The notes under the pieces: model-generated
The model's database searches: none
What the model saw: the letters and a program-made list of their open reading frames with translations, nothing else
Told to the model about the DNA's origin: nothing
Part shown: positions 1-13,595 of the stretch, piece by piece
How the letters are laid out: the number at the start of each line of letters is the position of its first letter
Numbering within the stretch: position 1 is the stretch's first letter
Program-made: the position numbers and the translations under genes
From: Podarcis bocagei
Lineage: Eukaryota
Assembly (NCBI GenBank): GCA_964188305.1
Contig: OZ076895.1
Reading direction: 5' to 3' (one strand)
DNA: 64,000 bases

Positions 1-1828
1 ATTAGAATTTTGAAATGTTTTAAAATGCAAGCTGAGCAATATATTTTAGAATTAAGCTAAATCGTTTCAGCTGATTAACTTGTAAAGGTAGCTAATTAGT
101 TGTCCGTCCCCCCAACCAACCTTTATGTAAAATGATTTTGTAGTGTACCTGAGAGAGAGCAAATAACTTTTTTTTAAGGAATAAACTGAACACTGAGCTA
201 GAGATGCAATATTGCCATCTGTGGACCATTCTTAGAATGTACTTTGTACCTTAAACTTGTATTCTTAAACAATGCTAAATGTTAAATAAATATGAGATTC
301 TCAATGCACAATGGATATATGAATTTTTGGAGTTACTTATTAACATATGCCAATTTACATGCATAAATTGATAGGGGATGTGGCTTGAAAATAGTAGTAA
401 CAATAACAATAATCATTGTATTGCATTTATTATTTGCTTTTTTAAAATAAAAAGTGACCTGAAGCAACTTACAAAATAATATAAACATTAAAACTATGTA
501 TAAAACCAAAACCAACGTACATGACAAAGCTAGATAATAAAGAGGCCAGAAATACACACAATACTTTCCAAATTAAGGACTGAAAGCCTGGTTTTAAATA
601 AATGTTTCTTTCCTGACACCTAAAAATAGATAATGATATTGCCAGGTGTGCCCCCCTGCAGAACGTGGGGGGGGGGCACCAATGAAAAGGGGGCAAATGG
701 AAAAAGGCCCTGGGTGTCAAATTCAAACCCCAGTTTAGTTCATGTGAGAAAAGACAGTCCTTGAGGTATTGTGTGCCTTTGCTGCCTTTCTCTACCCACT
801 TTTTCTTTGTATTCCTTTGTGTCTTATGTCTTTTGCCTGTTTAAACTGGCATGGCCATGCATTTTTCACTACATGGAAGGGTTGAACATTAGATAATTTT
901 AAATATGAATGAATCTATAATACATTTCGTCCTTCCACTTAACCTGAGCTGGACACGGGAGGTTTTCCTGTAGGTGAAGGAACTAATTCCCATTCCAGGG
1001 TTGGGGGAGACCCCCTAAAGTAGGCCACCAGAACTGTTATAGTTTCTGATTTAGTTTCACAGGCAGTGCATTCAGAGTTGCTGCCTAGCCATAGAAACTA
1101 GAGAACACTGAAGACGATAGCTGTATCTTCTGGAAATGAAGAGTATGGAAATAAGGAATTCCCGGGTATTAATCCACACAAGTTTTTTTACCTGTTTCTC
1201 CCGCCAGTATCATACTCATCTAGACTACCTTTTATGGCCTTTGTCTCTCTGACCTGCAGTTTTGCTTTGCTTTTATGCTGGATGTCTTGGCTCAACCAGT
1301 TTGCTGGACACTATCCAACCAATCTATGTCTTCTTTTTCTCATGAGATGCCCTGACTCTTCTGGGGGAATGCCACCTCCAGCAGTGTATGGCACAGACTG
1401 GCATTGCTCCTACTTTCCTCTCTTCCACACCACATACATCCCAGGAATGCTGTGAAATCATTGGGTGGCTCAACTTGAGTACCTGTTGTAGGCCCGTGCT
1501 AGCTTTCTGCTATATTAAAATGTATTCTGATGCATGGCTACTGGTCCTGTTTCCACACTGAACTTTGAGCCCATGACTCTGCCAAGGCATTATCTATTCT
1601 ATGTTTTATGAAAAGTAATACAGTATTGAAATGGTTCAGTGGGTGAAGGAGTATTATTGCCCTTCCTCATTTCTCTTTCCCTCCTAAGTGGAGCAGAGGC
1701 GGCTGATTATTGCAGTCAGCTTCCATAATGCTGGGCGAGGCTCCTGTGATATCTTGTGTCGGTGTTTATGTCATTTGAATGAGAATTTATGTACATATTT
1801 AGAAATGAAAATATTTCTTTCCATTCAG

Positions 1829-1988
1829 GGGTTGATATAGAGGCAGCTCGCAAAGAAGAAGAACGAATAATGCTTAGAGATGCAAGACAGTGGCTTAACA
1901 GTGGTCATATAAATGATGTTCGGCATGCAAAATCTGGTGGCACAGCACTCCATGTAGCTGCTGCTAAAGGGTATACAGAAGTATTAAA
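1829..1988 (+). CDS. PPP1R12A: MYPT1 exon 4 (160 nt), ankyrin-repeat region: GVDIEAARKEEERIMLRDARQWLNSGHINDVRHAKSGGTALHVAAAKGYTEVLK. Exons 1-3 lie upstream of the window.
   Basis: ttcag|GG acceptor, AA|gtaagt donor; peptide is the recognisable MYPT1 ankyrin segment (ORF 1789..1992). Confidence 0.97.
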
Positions 1989-2147
1989 GTAAGTTAATTT
2001 CTAATACAGATTCACACTTTGTAGTTACAAATTTCTGTAGTTTAGACTATTCCGCAGATCCTTGGTTTACATGTTAAAATTGTGACTTTTTAAAGTCTTT
2101 CTGTGTACAACCTTTTTAATCAATATGGTGGTCCATGTGAGAAAATA

Positions 2148-2398
2148 CAGTGGTACCTTAGTTCTCGAACTTAATCCGTTCTGGGAGTCCGTTCAACTCC
2201 CAAAACTGTTCAAAAACCAAGGTACATCGTCCAATTGGCTGCAGGAGATTCTTGCACTCAAGCAGAAGCCATAGAAGCCGCATTGGACGTTTGGCTTCCA
2301 AAAAATGTTTGCAAACCAGAACACTTACCTCTGGGGTTGTGGCATTCGAGAGCTGATTTGTTCAACAACAAAGCTGTTTGGGAACCAAGGTACCAGTG
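2148..2398. mobile_element. Non-autonomous Tc1/mariner-pogo type MITE (CAGTGGTACC terminal-repeat family)
   Basis: ta|cagtggtacctt ... aaggtaccagtg (1 mismatch). Confidence 0.75.
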
Positions 2399-2541
2399 CA
2401 ATGCAAATTCTATGCTCATTAAACCCTTCACATGGTTCAGTGCTCTGAAAATGCCAGCAAATCCTTCAGTTTTTAAAATGTTTATAGCACTTTATTTCCG
2501 TTGTCTTTCTGTTTTTAATTTAATTTATCAAATTTATTCAG

Positions 2542-2686
2542 GCTTTTAATACAGGCTGGCTATGATGTAAATATTAAAGATTATGATGGCTGGACACCAC
2601 TTCATGCGGCTGCTCATTGGAGTAAAGAAGAAGCATGTCGAATATTAGTGGAAAACTGGTGCGATATGGAGACTGTCAACAAAGTG
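2542..2686 (+). CDS. PPP1R12A: MYPT1 exon 5 (145 nt): LLIQAGYDVNIKDYDGWTPLHAAAHWSKEEACRILVENWCDMETVNKV
   Basis: ttcag|G acceptor, GTG|gtagga donor; ankyrin TPLH motif; phase matches exon 4. Confidence 0.96.
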
Positions 2687-5309
2687 GTAGGACTTTTGCA
2701 TAATCTTTGTCAAAATGTGTTGTTATTGATCTATTGATTAAAAGTAGGTTATGAATTCTGTATTTGCTATTGCTACTTAGCTGTACATCTTAGAAACAAG
2801 TGAAACTAATTTATAATGATCCTAGCTGTCTGAAAAGAAAATGCTGGTTTGAAATTTGAACTATTTTTAGTTGTTATATAAAATATATTTGAATTTCACC
2901 AAGGGGTTACCTTAATGTGTGACCATTGGCAGTTCAGATGTGCATCTGAGCTGCAGTGAGATCATTTAAAAATACTTTATAAAGAATAATGAAATAAAAA
3001 GTCACTTTATTAGTTCGCTATTGTTTGAAGTACTTGTTTAAATCATGGTTTAGCTATAATTATAAAGCAGTTTGTACACAATTTGAGTTATTGGGTATTA
3101 GAATCATTGCATTTACTGTTAAAGCCATAATGTACACAAACAGTTCTCAATCACCCCTCCACAGATCTTAAAGCTGAGGATGGGAGACATTGGGAGACAC
3201 ACTTGTGACCCAAGATGTATAGGGCTTTGTGTGATGCAGCTCTTAATGTCCTTACATAATTGCTGACTGTATTGTGTATCAGTGTGAGAATACAGTATGG
3301 CTGACGTCATTCTTTATCATGGCCAGATGTTTTCCGTATCTTAGTTAGCTTATAAATAAAAATCCTAGCATGTCTCCAAATTTAGTAGTAGCTTGCCTCT
3401 TCAGGTGATCTGATATATTCCGCTTGGAAGGACAGGCCTGGGTGAATGCAACCAATTTTTAATCCTTAATAAATTGCAAGAAATCAGTTCATTTAAGTAC
3501 AGTTATTAAACACACACATTTTTACTTCACTAAGGGGAACATACTGTTCAGGAAACAACTGCATAATTCCAGAAAGTCCTTTTTGTATCTTGAGTAGTTC
3601 TAATTTTAAATTACAAAGTACACATCTTTCCCCAATGATTTTTATGTTAAAATGTGTTAAAACAAATGTAGGAGATCGCACAGGGAAGAATATAAGGACT
3701 GAATGGCTAAAGTAAAAGATCTGTTGGCTGAAGCTTTCAAGTGGAGCTAGATTTTTGAATGAATTCTGGTGGCATGTCTTGTCTTGTTTTCATTCTTATA
3801 AGCACCATCTGGTTTCTTCTCCCTTTTGTTGAAGCTTCCCCAGCCCCTTGCCAAATCTCATATCTTGTTTTCCCACCCTATGGGCCTATTTGGAAACAAG
3901 TATTTCTGAACTGCTACTCCAGCCAAATTTACAGAGAAGAGCTGTATCTTAAACTTTTTATGAAGATTTATTTTGAAAAGCATTACACTTGATTACAAAG
4001 TTTGCAATAAGCTTAGACACTCATATCACAGTGCTGTCATACTCAGGGGAGAGGGAGGGTGGCATTTAAGTTTTGAGGAGATTTATCTGTCTATGAGCAG
4101 TCTTGACATTATTCAACTAGTAGATTTTGTTAATGGAACTGTTTTACATCTCTAATGGCTGGGACTCAAATAAGCTTCTAAGGTTTGCTAAAGAGTTGCA
4201 GCTCTAATTATTTTCCTTTGAACTCATGATTTGTGAGCTATATCATAAAACTGCCCTCACCCCTTGGGACACCAAGGTTTTACCAATTCCCCTTGCTATT
4301 GCAATGCTTGGCATGTCCCTTCTATTATAAAATAGTTGCAAATCTTCAAGAACAGCTTTTTTGGAGGGAATCAGCTGAGGAATTGGCAAAAATCGTTTGT
4401 CTTGTCCTTGTGTGAGTGGAAGTCTTTCTGCAGAGGCAATGCCACCACTGAATAAAACCAATCAACCATTAGCAGTATGTATGAAGTAAGGCATTGAGTT
4501 GAAAGATGAGTGACAAGCTACAACAGAACATTGCTAGAGGTGTGGCATAAGAAAATTGTGTGCAAATCTGGCAAGACTTCCTAGTAAGTTGTACTGTATT
4601 AGAGTATAATGTGATGTATAAAGGAGAAATGAGAAGAATAACTTTCTTCCCAAGAAGGTTAAATAAATATGGGATAGGCAAAGAAATTGTATTCCACTCT
4701 AGTTAACTCAGTGAGGACTATTTCCAACATACGACTTTCTATTTAAAATCTCTATCTTAAAGGTATATCTAAATTCAAAGTTTCTCACTGTAACCTTTTC
4801 TTTTAAGGCTCTCGCACATAAGAGAAACAAGCAGTAGCCAAGAAAACTCTTAATATGTTTGGCTTATTCCTTTACTCATTTGGAGAATTCTTTATAACTC
4901 AGTGTCTGGACATGAACAAAGTGTTTTAAGTAAATCATTTCCCCTTCTTTAACTTCCTGAATGTCTACAGGAATTTAAATTTTCCGAATCACCAGGAGTG
5001 ACAGTCTACTTTATACTGGACTAATGTGGAGCTGTTACTTCCTGTGACTTGGAAACTATTGTCCAATTCACAGTCATTTGCAGGACAAACACAAAAGGAA
5101 CAATTTTGACACATGCCAATAGAATGATCACCTTGAAACTGATTGTATTTGTGGCCCTTTGGTTGAAACAGTCCCCACTCTCTTCATGCCCCCAAAGCGC
5201 ACACTTCATGCCCATTCTTTGTGTTGGGCTTAGCTTGGTGGCATACTCCCTTCCTGTATGACATGTTAATGGTACCATAATTTAATTTTGTTGCTTATTT
5301 CTCCTGCAG

Positions 5310-5384
5310 GGTCAGACAGCATTTGATGTAGCAGATGAAGACATTTTAGGATATTTAGAAGAACTTCAAAAGAAACAAAATATG
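5310..5384 (+). CDS. PPP1R12A: MYPT1 exon 6 (75 nt): GQTAFDVADEDILGYLEELQKKQNM
   Basis: ctcctgcag| acceptor, ATG|gtgagc donor; hand translation. Confidence 0.96.
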
Positions 5385-6915
5385 GTGAGCTCTTTCAGTA
5401 CTGTGAGAACAAACTAATCAGATCATTGGTTTGTCTAGCCTGGTATTGTCTACTCTGACTACCAGAGTCTTAAGCTGAGGATATTTAATGGAAGATACCA
5501 AGATTGAATTTGGGATTGTCTGCATGCAAAGCATTGTGCTCTACCACTAAGCCTATTCTTTATTTTATGTTCAGTTCATAGGTGTCTTGTTTTATCCAAA
5601 GGCCATAATCTTTATTTTATGTGTATTTCACTTTATGGAATAGGTGCTTGGTATTTTTTAAAAACATGAATAGTGCACTGATGTTCTTTTCCATTACCCC
5701 TCTCCCACACTATGCAGAGAGTTAGGTAGTACCCAGAACTCTGAGTGTGAGGATTCTCATACTAAAATTCTACAATTACTTTACATCAGAAGGGAAGCAC
5801 CACTGGAGCTGTTAATGAGCAGCTATAAAATTCCCTCCAAATAAGAAGGTTGAGTGATGGTTCTGCATGCCTAGCAATAACTGTTGCCCTCTCGGGGACT
5901 TAAAAGTTTGAATGGGAAGCAGCAGTGACTGTGACATAATTTTGCTCCCGCAAGTGCTCCCATTCATGGAAGTGCAGATGAGTAGTTCTGAACATCCTGG
6001 TGGTGGCGTTTTTTAAAATAGTTGGCATATGTTCAGTGGTTGAGTCCATATTTTATCAGACGTGTGAATGAACTGAGGATGTTCCTTTGTAAACCTGGAC
6101 ACAGTCAATTTCTGTGTCCTTGTGCTAATTTAATTTTTATAATGAAGAAAACACAGTAAATGAGAAATCTTACTGAAAAGGAAATTTATGCAGTATACCT
6201 AGCCTTACACTGTATCAAGTGATGTGGTTACTTTGATATTGCGGATTTTACTTCTGATGCTTTAATTCAGAAATGTTCAAAGATTGAAACACATTGGCCA
6301 CATTTGTATATCACATGAGCCATAGCTTAAAGAGTTCTCTCTGCCCCCTCCCCCCTGCAAGTTACTGAGAGGAGAATTTAGGCAGCTTCTGCTTTGGGCT
6401 TTAATTATCCATTTTTGAATTATGTCATCCATAGCAAATTGTGGATTGTAGCAAATTGTGTTTTAACATTTACTTCAGTCATTTTCAAGAAAGCCATTTT
6501 CATTTCTGAGCCTAGCTTGTTTAAACTAACAATAATTAGAATTAATCTCTGTGCAGAATGCGGGGAACATGGCAAATGGCCAGGAAAGAAAACTGAAAGT
6601 AACAGCTTCCAAAGTCATCTTCCCCAGCCATGTGTAATGTGGAGGGGGAGACAAAGGTTAACTGCAGCTATAGTTTAGTGTGATGTGCAAATACAGCTAT
6701 TATTATTAATCGTCTTGAAAACGTGTTAGCAATGTTGAAATGTTAAAGGAGTTTATTACATAGCTATTTAATATTTGTCACTTAACATTTGCCCTGAGTT
6801 CTTAATCTTGTAAATCCTTTTTTTCATGTTATACTACTTCAGGTGACTTGAAATGTTTTAGTGTTTGCATCAGCACTTGTAGAAATCTAACTGAATCTTT
6901 TCATATCTCTTAAAG

Positions 6916-7004
6916 CTTCATAGTGAAAAAAAGGAGAAGAAATCACCCCTTATTGAATCTACAGCAAACATGGACAATAATCAATCTCAAAAACCGTTTA
7001 AAAA
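6916..7004 (+). CDS. PPP1R12A: MYPT1 exon 7 (89 nt): LHSEKKEKKSPLIESTANMDNNQSQKPFK
   Basis: ttaaag| acceptor, AA|gtaagt donor; hand translation matches MYPT1. Confidence 0.95.
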
Positions 7005-7079
7005 GTAAGTAGATTAGTTAAAATAAACTCTGTGTAGGGGGAATGTTGAAGACGGTTACATGTTTACTTGGAGAAGGTA

Positions 7080-7477
7080 TAGGTAACTGGTCTTACACTT
7101 ATTTTACTGATCACAGCTTTGCATGGGTGGGCGGGGAAATAAATAGAGCAGAGGAAACCCACCCTCCATTTATTTAATCCCCCCCACACCTGTGCAAAAC
7201 TGTGATCACAGACTTACCTTGCTTTGGGAAGGCAGTACAAGGGCTCTAGCAGGGTCCTAGAGCCCTCCCGCCTCCTTCCCAAAGCTGGACAAGTGCTTAC
7301 TGGGCTTTGAGAAGGCAGCAGGATGCAGAGCCCTCATACCGCCTTCCCAAAGCCAGATAAGACAGCTCTCCACCTTGCGGTGAGGGTGTGTGTCCTGGGG
7401 ATTCTTGTCTTTATTCATTTTTGCATATACACATGGAGCCCCAGAACTGAACCCTCATGTAAGAAGCAAGTTACCTG
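7080..7477. mobile_element. Older Tigger/pogo-like MITE (CAGGTAACT-type ends); related interior sequence at ~51930-52200
   Basis: ta|taggtaactggtcttaca ... tgtaagaagcaagttacctg|ta; shared gctttgcatgggtg..aaataaata..aaacccacc core. Confidence 0.6.
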
Positions 7478-7620
7478 TACTGAAGAAAGATAGAAGGAGT
7501 AGAGTTGTCATAATAACATTGAGTCCATATCTGTGCTCCTGTCACAGCCCACCCTGGTATCTTTTTTCTGAAGCCAATAATGCAATAAATATTTCATGCT
7601 TCAAAACAATGTTGTTCCAG

Positions 7621-7778
7621 TAAAGAGACTTTGATCATTGAGCAAGATAAGAATGCATCAAACATTGAGTCTCTAGAGCAAGAAAAAGCTGATGAAGAGG
7701 AAGAAGGAAAGAAAGATGAGTCCAGTTGCTCTAGTGAAGAAGATGAGGAAGAAGACTCCGAATCTGAAGCAGAAACAG
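7621..7778 (+). CDS. PPP1R12A: MYPT1 exon 8 (158 nt), acidic region: KETLIIEQDKNASNIESLEQEKADEEEEGKKDESSCSSEEDEEEDSESEAET
   Basis: ttccag| acceptor, G|gtatta donor; ORF 7631..7834. Confidence 0.95.
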
Positions 7779-9482
7779 GTATTATAGAACAACAATTTTG
7801 CTTTACAATTGCTTTTAAATTCAGTTTAGTTTAATTCACCATTGGATTACTTCCTCATTACTTCATGCTTTTTCAAGTTTGGAGGTCATTTAGGGACAAG
7901 TATAAAATTCATTAATGTGCAAACCACGAGATACGTCATTTTAAACAAAATTAACTATCTTTATGTCACTTGATTGTCCAGAAACCTTAACGTGGTAATA
8001 CAGTAACTAGAAACTGTACAGAGCAAACTCACACATAGTACATCTATTAGAATTCATATATAATAAATCTATATCTTATCTGGAAGATGTCAAGAATGTG
8101 CTAATTAGCTGTGAAAAACTCTCAGATTCTGTATCAGAAAGTTAACTAGCACTATGACAATGCAATTTCAGCCATGCAGATATCTAGAAACTCCCCTGTT
8201 CCTTGCCTTTTCCTCATACTCATGGTTTTTTAAAACACATTTTAAGGTTAATTTTAAAATAGTGAATCAAAAGGGATCTATTTATTTCACTTAAATAACA
8301 GCTATAAGCTGGAGGAGCACAATTTAATATATATGCATATCTTGCACTAACAGCTTAAAAGTTTCAGGCTCATCACTTCAGCATTTCTTGAGTTATATGA
8401 CTCTCATTACTCTGTTTTCTTTGTTGCTACTATGCAGTCTTGTGCCAGGAAAATATGACTGTGACACAAGAATTAATTTATGTAAACTTAGAGGTTTTTA
8501 AATATCAACAAGGCTTTCATCATACTTTATTTGGCATGCTAGAGAGCTTAGGCTTTTCCCTGGAGCTGAATCTCTGTGTTCCAAATTTGTACCTTCTCCT
8601 TTCCCTCTTACTCATTTAAAGGTGGATTCACAATAAAATGTTTTGGAACCTGGAATATTCTAGGTGGAGTAGAGCCTGCTCTGGTGTATATTTTGTGTAG
8701 TGTGAATTTAAATTTAATATTTAAATGAAAGGAGCTTTGAGTGATTTGAGAAATAAACATTGGACTGTTAAAAGGGCTTAAATTTCCCTTGTTCAAGTGG
8801 AGAAATACTAAAAAGCAAACACATCACTGCATTTTCTTGGGAAACTGTTATTAAAGTACAGTTATTTAAACACAGCTCTGTATTTTTAAACAGACACTGG
8901 GGAAATTCCAGCCCCTCTCCACATCCATTCCCTTCCATGTGCCAAGTGTGAATTGTTTTTTAATGGAAAGGTGGAGTGAAAATATTTTTAATAAAATTAT
9001 TAAAGGAGGAAGGCTCCTAAATGGTCAACACCCACCAACCCTGGTAGTCCTGCTTCTCCTGCATGCAGTGTTAGGCTTGTGGGGATGTGCTCAAGGGGTC
9101 AGACGGTATTGTCCCCATAATTTGTAAGCATTTTTATTGCAGGAGATTTTCTGTATTTTAAAATGATTTTATAAAACTATTTCCATGTGGTATATATTTA
9201 GTACTGCCTTAAGTGGTGCTAATGAAATTGTATCCAGGTTCAGAGATGATGGGGAATCATGGTTCTCAGTTCTTGTATATTTCATGTGATTTTTTTATTC
9301 TCATAGCCTTACAATTTTGTCTATAGCCATAATGACTAGAAACATTTTTAAAACTAAAATAGCTGGGAATTTTTTGTTTCAAGTCCATGCTTCTCAGTGA
9401 TCTTCTATGGAGCTACTGTTCTCATAACAGGAAAACACTGATTTATTTATTTATTTTTGGGTAGTGTTCTACAACAAATGTA

Positions 9483-9700
9483 CAGTGGTACCCCTGGTTA
9501 CAGACGCTTCAGGTTACAGACTCTGCTAACCCAGAAATATTACCTCTGGTTAAGAACTTTGCTTCAGGATGAGAACAGAAATCGTGTTGTGGCAGCAGCG
9601 GGAGGCCCCATTAGCTAAAGTGGTGCTTCAGGTTGAGAACAGTTTCAGGTTAAGAATGGACCTCCAGAACAAATTAAGTACTTAACCTGAGGTACCACTG
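9483..9700. mobile_element. MITE of the CAGTGGTACC family with TA target duplication
   Basis: ta|cagtggtacc ... ggtaccactg|ta. Confidence 0.85.
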
Positions 9701-10202
9701 TAGTTAGATGCATAGCCTGATCATCTTCTCCAACTACTAGTGCTCTTTAAGTATACTTTCAAATAGTTTGGAACAAAACCTGAAGTTACTTGGTGTATCT
9801 TCTGGGCAGTAAATAAATACAATACAATAAAACAATTCATACTCTTCTATAATGTAGCAGGAATATGGTACTGGGACACTTATTCCATAGTGGAGCCAAC
9901 CCCTTATTTACTTTGCGGGATACCAGGGCCAGTGGTGTGGGCTGTTCCTCGTCACGTGATTGAAGGCAGGAGCAAAGAATTGTGAGAGGCAGGCACGCTC
10001 CCCTCAGTTTTTCAGACTCACCAAGCAGCAAAATGGCCAGTGGGAACACCTGAAAGAAAGTGAACATACCTGTCTACCCCCGTCCCGCCCCCCCGGTGCC
10101 TATAAACTTTATTGTTCAGAATGGGCCTCTGTAATGTAAAAAGTATTAGTTATCTTTAAATGGATTTTGAATTACTTTATCCTCTAAATGATTTATTTAC
10201 AG

Positions 10203-10321
10203 ACAAGAACAAACCTACAACAAATAATTCAAATACCACCCATGTGCAAGCTGCTCCTATAGCTGTGACAACACCATCAGTTACTACTGGTCAAGTGACA
10301 CCTACATCCCCCATTAAGAAG
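10203..10321 (+). CDS. PPP1R12A: MYPT1 exon 9 (119 nt): DKNKPTTNNSNTTHVQAAPIAVTTPSVTTGQVTPTSPIKK
   Basis: tttacag| acceptor, AAG|gtaaaa donor; ORF 10160..10348. Confidence 0.94.
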
Positions 10322-13300
10322 GTAAAACAGTTTGTTTTGGTTGTCTAGTTAAGAGTAAAGTGTACACATTGTATCATGAACTCTTCTCACTATTAAAATG
10401 CCTTGATTGATCAACTGTTGCATAGGAAGCTGCCTGACATCGAGTCAGATCATTGACCCAACTAGCTCAGTATTGCCTACACTGACTGACGCTGGCTCTC
10501 AAGGTTTCAGATATTATGCCAAATAAGATTATAGGCTTGTATCCAGTGGTGTTGCTGAAGGCATTTTGACCAGCGGAAGCTTTCCCCAGCGGATGGGAGG
10601 GGAGGTCATTTTTGCCAATTCCCCCTCCATCTTTCCCCCAAATCGGCTTCAGACAGTTGGGTGGGAACAGCATAGAAGGTGACGGGAATTGGCAAAATTG
10701 CTTCATTCTCTTTTTGTGAAAGCCTCCAATCAAAGAGATACAATCCATGGCATGTTCATTTGAAATGGGAGCAAGTTGTAACTCCAGATACCAGGCTCAG
10801 ATTTGATGTTCAAGAGTTCCCTGAAGAAGAGGGTTTTTTAAAAATGCATTGGGCTTAATAAAAACATCTCTTTTTTTGTACACCTCTTTTTTCTTGTGAT
10901 TGGGGCCTTACCACCTTAGTTTACTGTAGTCTACATATAGCCGTTCATGAAGTTGGTGTGTGTGTGTTCAAACGAATCCTTTTGGCTTAGTCAGGAAGGT
11001 TGTTTAAAATGTAGAGGGCAAACTTCATGTAGAAGAAACAGAGTTGTTCACTTTTAATTACTTTGTTAGCTTTCTGTATTAGAACACATAGAGATGATGT
11101 CAATTCTGCAAAAATTCTTAGTTTGCTTCATTTGAGGAACAGTCAGTAAATACCTGTGCTTGTTGTGTTATCCCAAGAGAAAGATCTAGTTTTAATACTT
11201 GTTGTCTGAGTATTTTTTTTACACACCTGTGATTTTGAGCTCTCTCTTTTTAAGACCTGCAATGCTTTCCTCCTAAGATGCACCTTCAGGTCAAGTACTA
11301 GATATGAGTTAATGCCCCCCCAAGCCTCAAATTGATATTTTCAGGTAAATTGCAAATAAGAATTTGAGACATCATTTTAAAAATTCATTCTTATTAATTT
11401 ATTATTCACCTTCCATATATGTCTCAAGGTGCTGTAGAGAATGCAATATAAGCAGCTAAAACAGTTTTAAACAGTATTAAAAAGGAATTAAAAGGGGGGG
11501 GGAAACACCAAATAGACACCCGTGGCAGAGACCTGTTCATCCAGCTGAGAAGGCTTGTTGGAACAAAAACATCTGATCGTTTCCAGAAAGTACAGATAGT
11601 GAGCGCCTGTCGTATCTCGACAAGAATGCTGTTCCACAGAACAAGGACAGCCACACTTAAAACCCTGCTCTGAGTTACTGTTGAGTGGGTTTCTGAGATA
11701 TTTGGGTCTTGCAGGAGAAGTTCTCCCTGCAGTGACCTGCCAGGTATGTAAGGAATAAGGGAGTCTTTCAAGGAACAAATTCACACAATAGATATTTTTA
11801 TGGAACACCTTGTAGAGTATCTTTCTACAGAAAGGTGTGCATAGATGATAAAAAAAACAAAACATATAAAAAAGCCCTGAAGGTATATCTTCCAAAAGAG
11901 CCTTGTAATTTAGTACTCAACCGGTTGCTTTCATTAAAGAAAGACTGCAGCTTTGTACATGCAGCCACCTTTTTAACACAGGGGAGGCTGTATGTTTCTT
12001 TCCTTGCTGTTTTTTCTTGATTGGACAAATGTCTAGGAGAATCCCACATTGATTGTGTGAGAAGGTGGTGGCAGCAGCGTGGAGCTGGTGGGATGAGGTG
12101 TCGTGATATGGATAAGTGTTGGTGCTGTAACAACTGTTTACAATATTGTTGTGAAATACCAATTCTGAAACAGTGACAGCAGTGTAGAGCTGGCAGGGAA
12201 GAGGAGGCATGGCATGAGTGAGTTGTGAGGCTGTAACAGGCAGTTCCAAGTTGATATGAAATACCAACTCTCCTAAGGTGAAAGTGGGGAAGAATGAATC
12301 ACCACCATATATGTGATTAGAGGAATGCTAGCACAATTCAATATAATGAGTAATATTCTTACAGAAGCCAAGATGCTCATTGACCTAAATTGATAGATTT
12401 TCCTGTATTTTCATTTTAAATGTGAAAAAATTATGTTTTTATTTCAACTATGGAATTGTAGTCAGTCCTGTCTGAGGGAAAGTCCACTTATAAAATGTGT
12501 CTTTCATCCGTCTCCTCATAGTACAGTTTCTGGAATCCCTCAAAAATCTAGTTGTTTGGGGGACCCTCAGGAAAACACCTTGGTTGTGGTGAGAAGGACT
12601 GCAGTAGGAAAGAGGACTTGGCCAGAATCAGATGAAGGTCGCTTATACAAGTAACTTCCTACTTGGCAACCTGCCTCTACCTGATTTTGGGCAGCTTCCA
12701 CTTTCCACCACGACCCTTTCTGAAAATCCTGTGACCATCTGGAGAGGCTTTTCATGAGTAGCAAAGTCCCACTGTGAGAGCAGATTTCTACTCATAAAAA
12801 ACTGAGTATAGCCCATTGGTGTTATATATATTTATCTAATCTACTACCTACCTACCTACCTACCTAATGTACATGTGTACATTCTCATAAATGACCACAA
12901 ATACTTATCTAGCCTGCCACCGGAAAGTCCTTTTCCTCGGTACCCTAATCTGTGTCTGGCTGAGATTTTTGAGAAAGAAAGCCTGTAAGAAAATGTATAA
13001 ACAGTTGTAAGGTTACTCATGTACTGCACAGCTGATTCTGCTCTCACCCTGTCTTAAAGTAATCATGTAAAGGAGTAACAAGGAAAGTAGTCATGGAACA
13101 GAGGTGTGTCCGCCCGTTTAAGCACAAGTACTAATTTTCATGCTTTTTAAATTACAAGCATAGATAAGAGTTCTGGTGCCTAAAGTATGGGTGCAAAAGA
13201 AACATACTGCCTATCTTTCAATCTGTTTCCTTTCTTCATTTTCCTTCTGCTTCTCCATTCCAGTGCATATGCCTTTACCCCTCTCTTCCTTTCCAATCTC

Positions 13301-13595
13301 CATGCTGCTTTCTTTCACAAGAGAAAAAATACGAAGGGCTAGAGCTGTATCCCTCTTGAATTTCCTGCTTCCCTGTTCAAAGGTCAATGATAGGACCTCC
13401 TCTGACTTTTGCACATCTCTGCTCATATATAGCTATAATTCTGTGAATATGTGCTGAAAAAAGCTGACTGCTTTTACTGCAGTTCTGTAAAAAGTAAATA
13501 GGGATTAAAACATGTAGAATTTTAAATTAAAGGCCAACATATTTTTTTGTTCAATCTTTATATCTCTTTTATATGTCTTGTCCAATTGGCTTTAG

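Noticed and set aside
420-780. Probable L2/CR1 3'-end remnants here and at ~30640-30930, ~31300-31700, ~38480-39010, ~53020-53300 and ~55720-56040
   Set aside because: Look like decayed LINE tails but too degenerate to delimit or classify by eye, so not listed as features
11715-11743. Possible 29-nt poison exon (ttgcag|...cag|gtatgt) in intron 9
   Set aside because: Splice-like pairs are common by chance, the pyrimidine tract is weak and there is no other support
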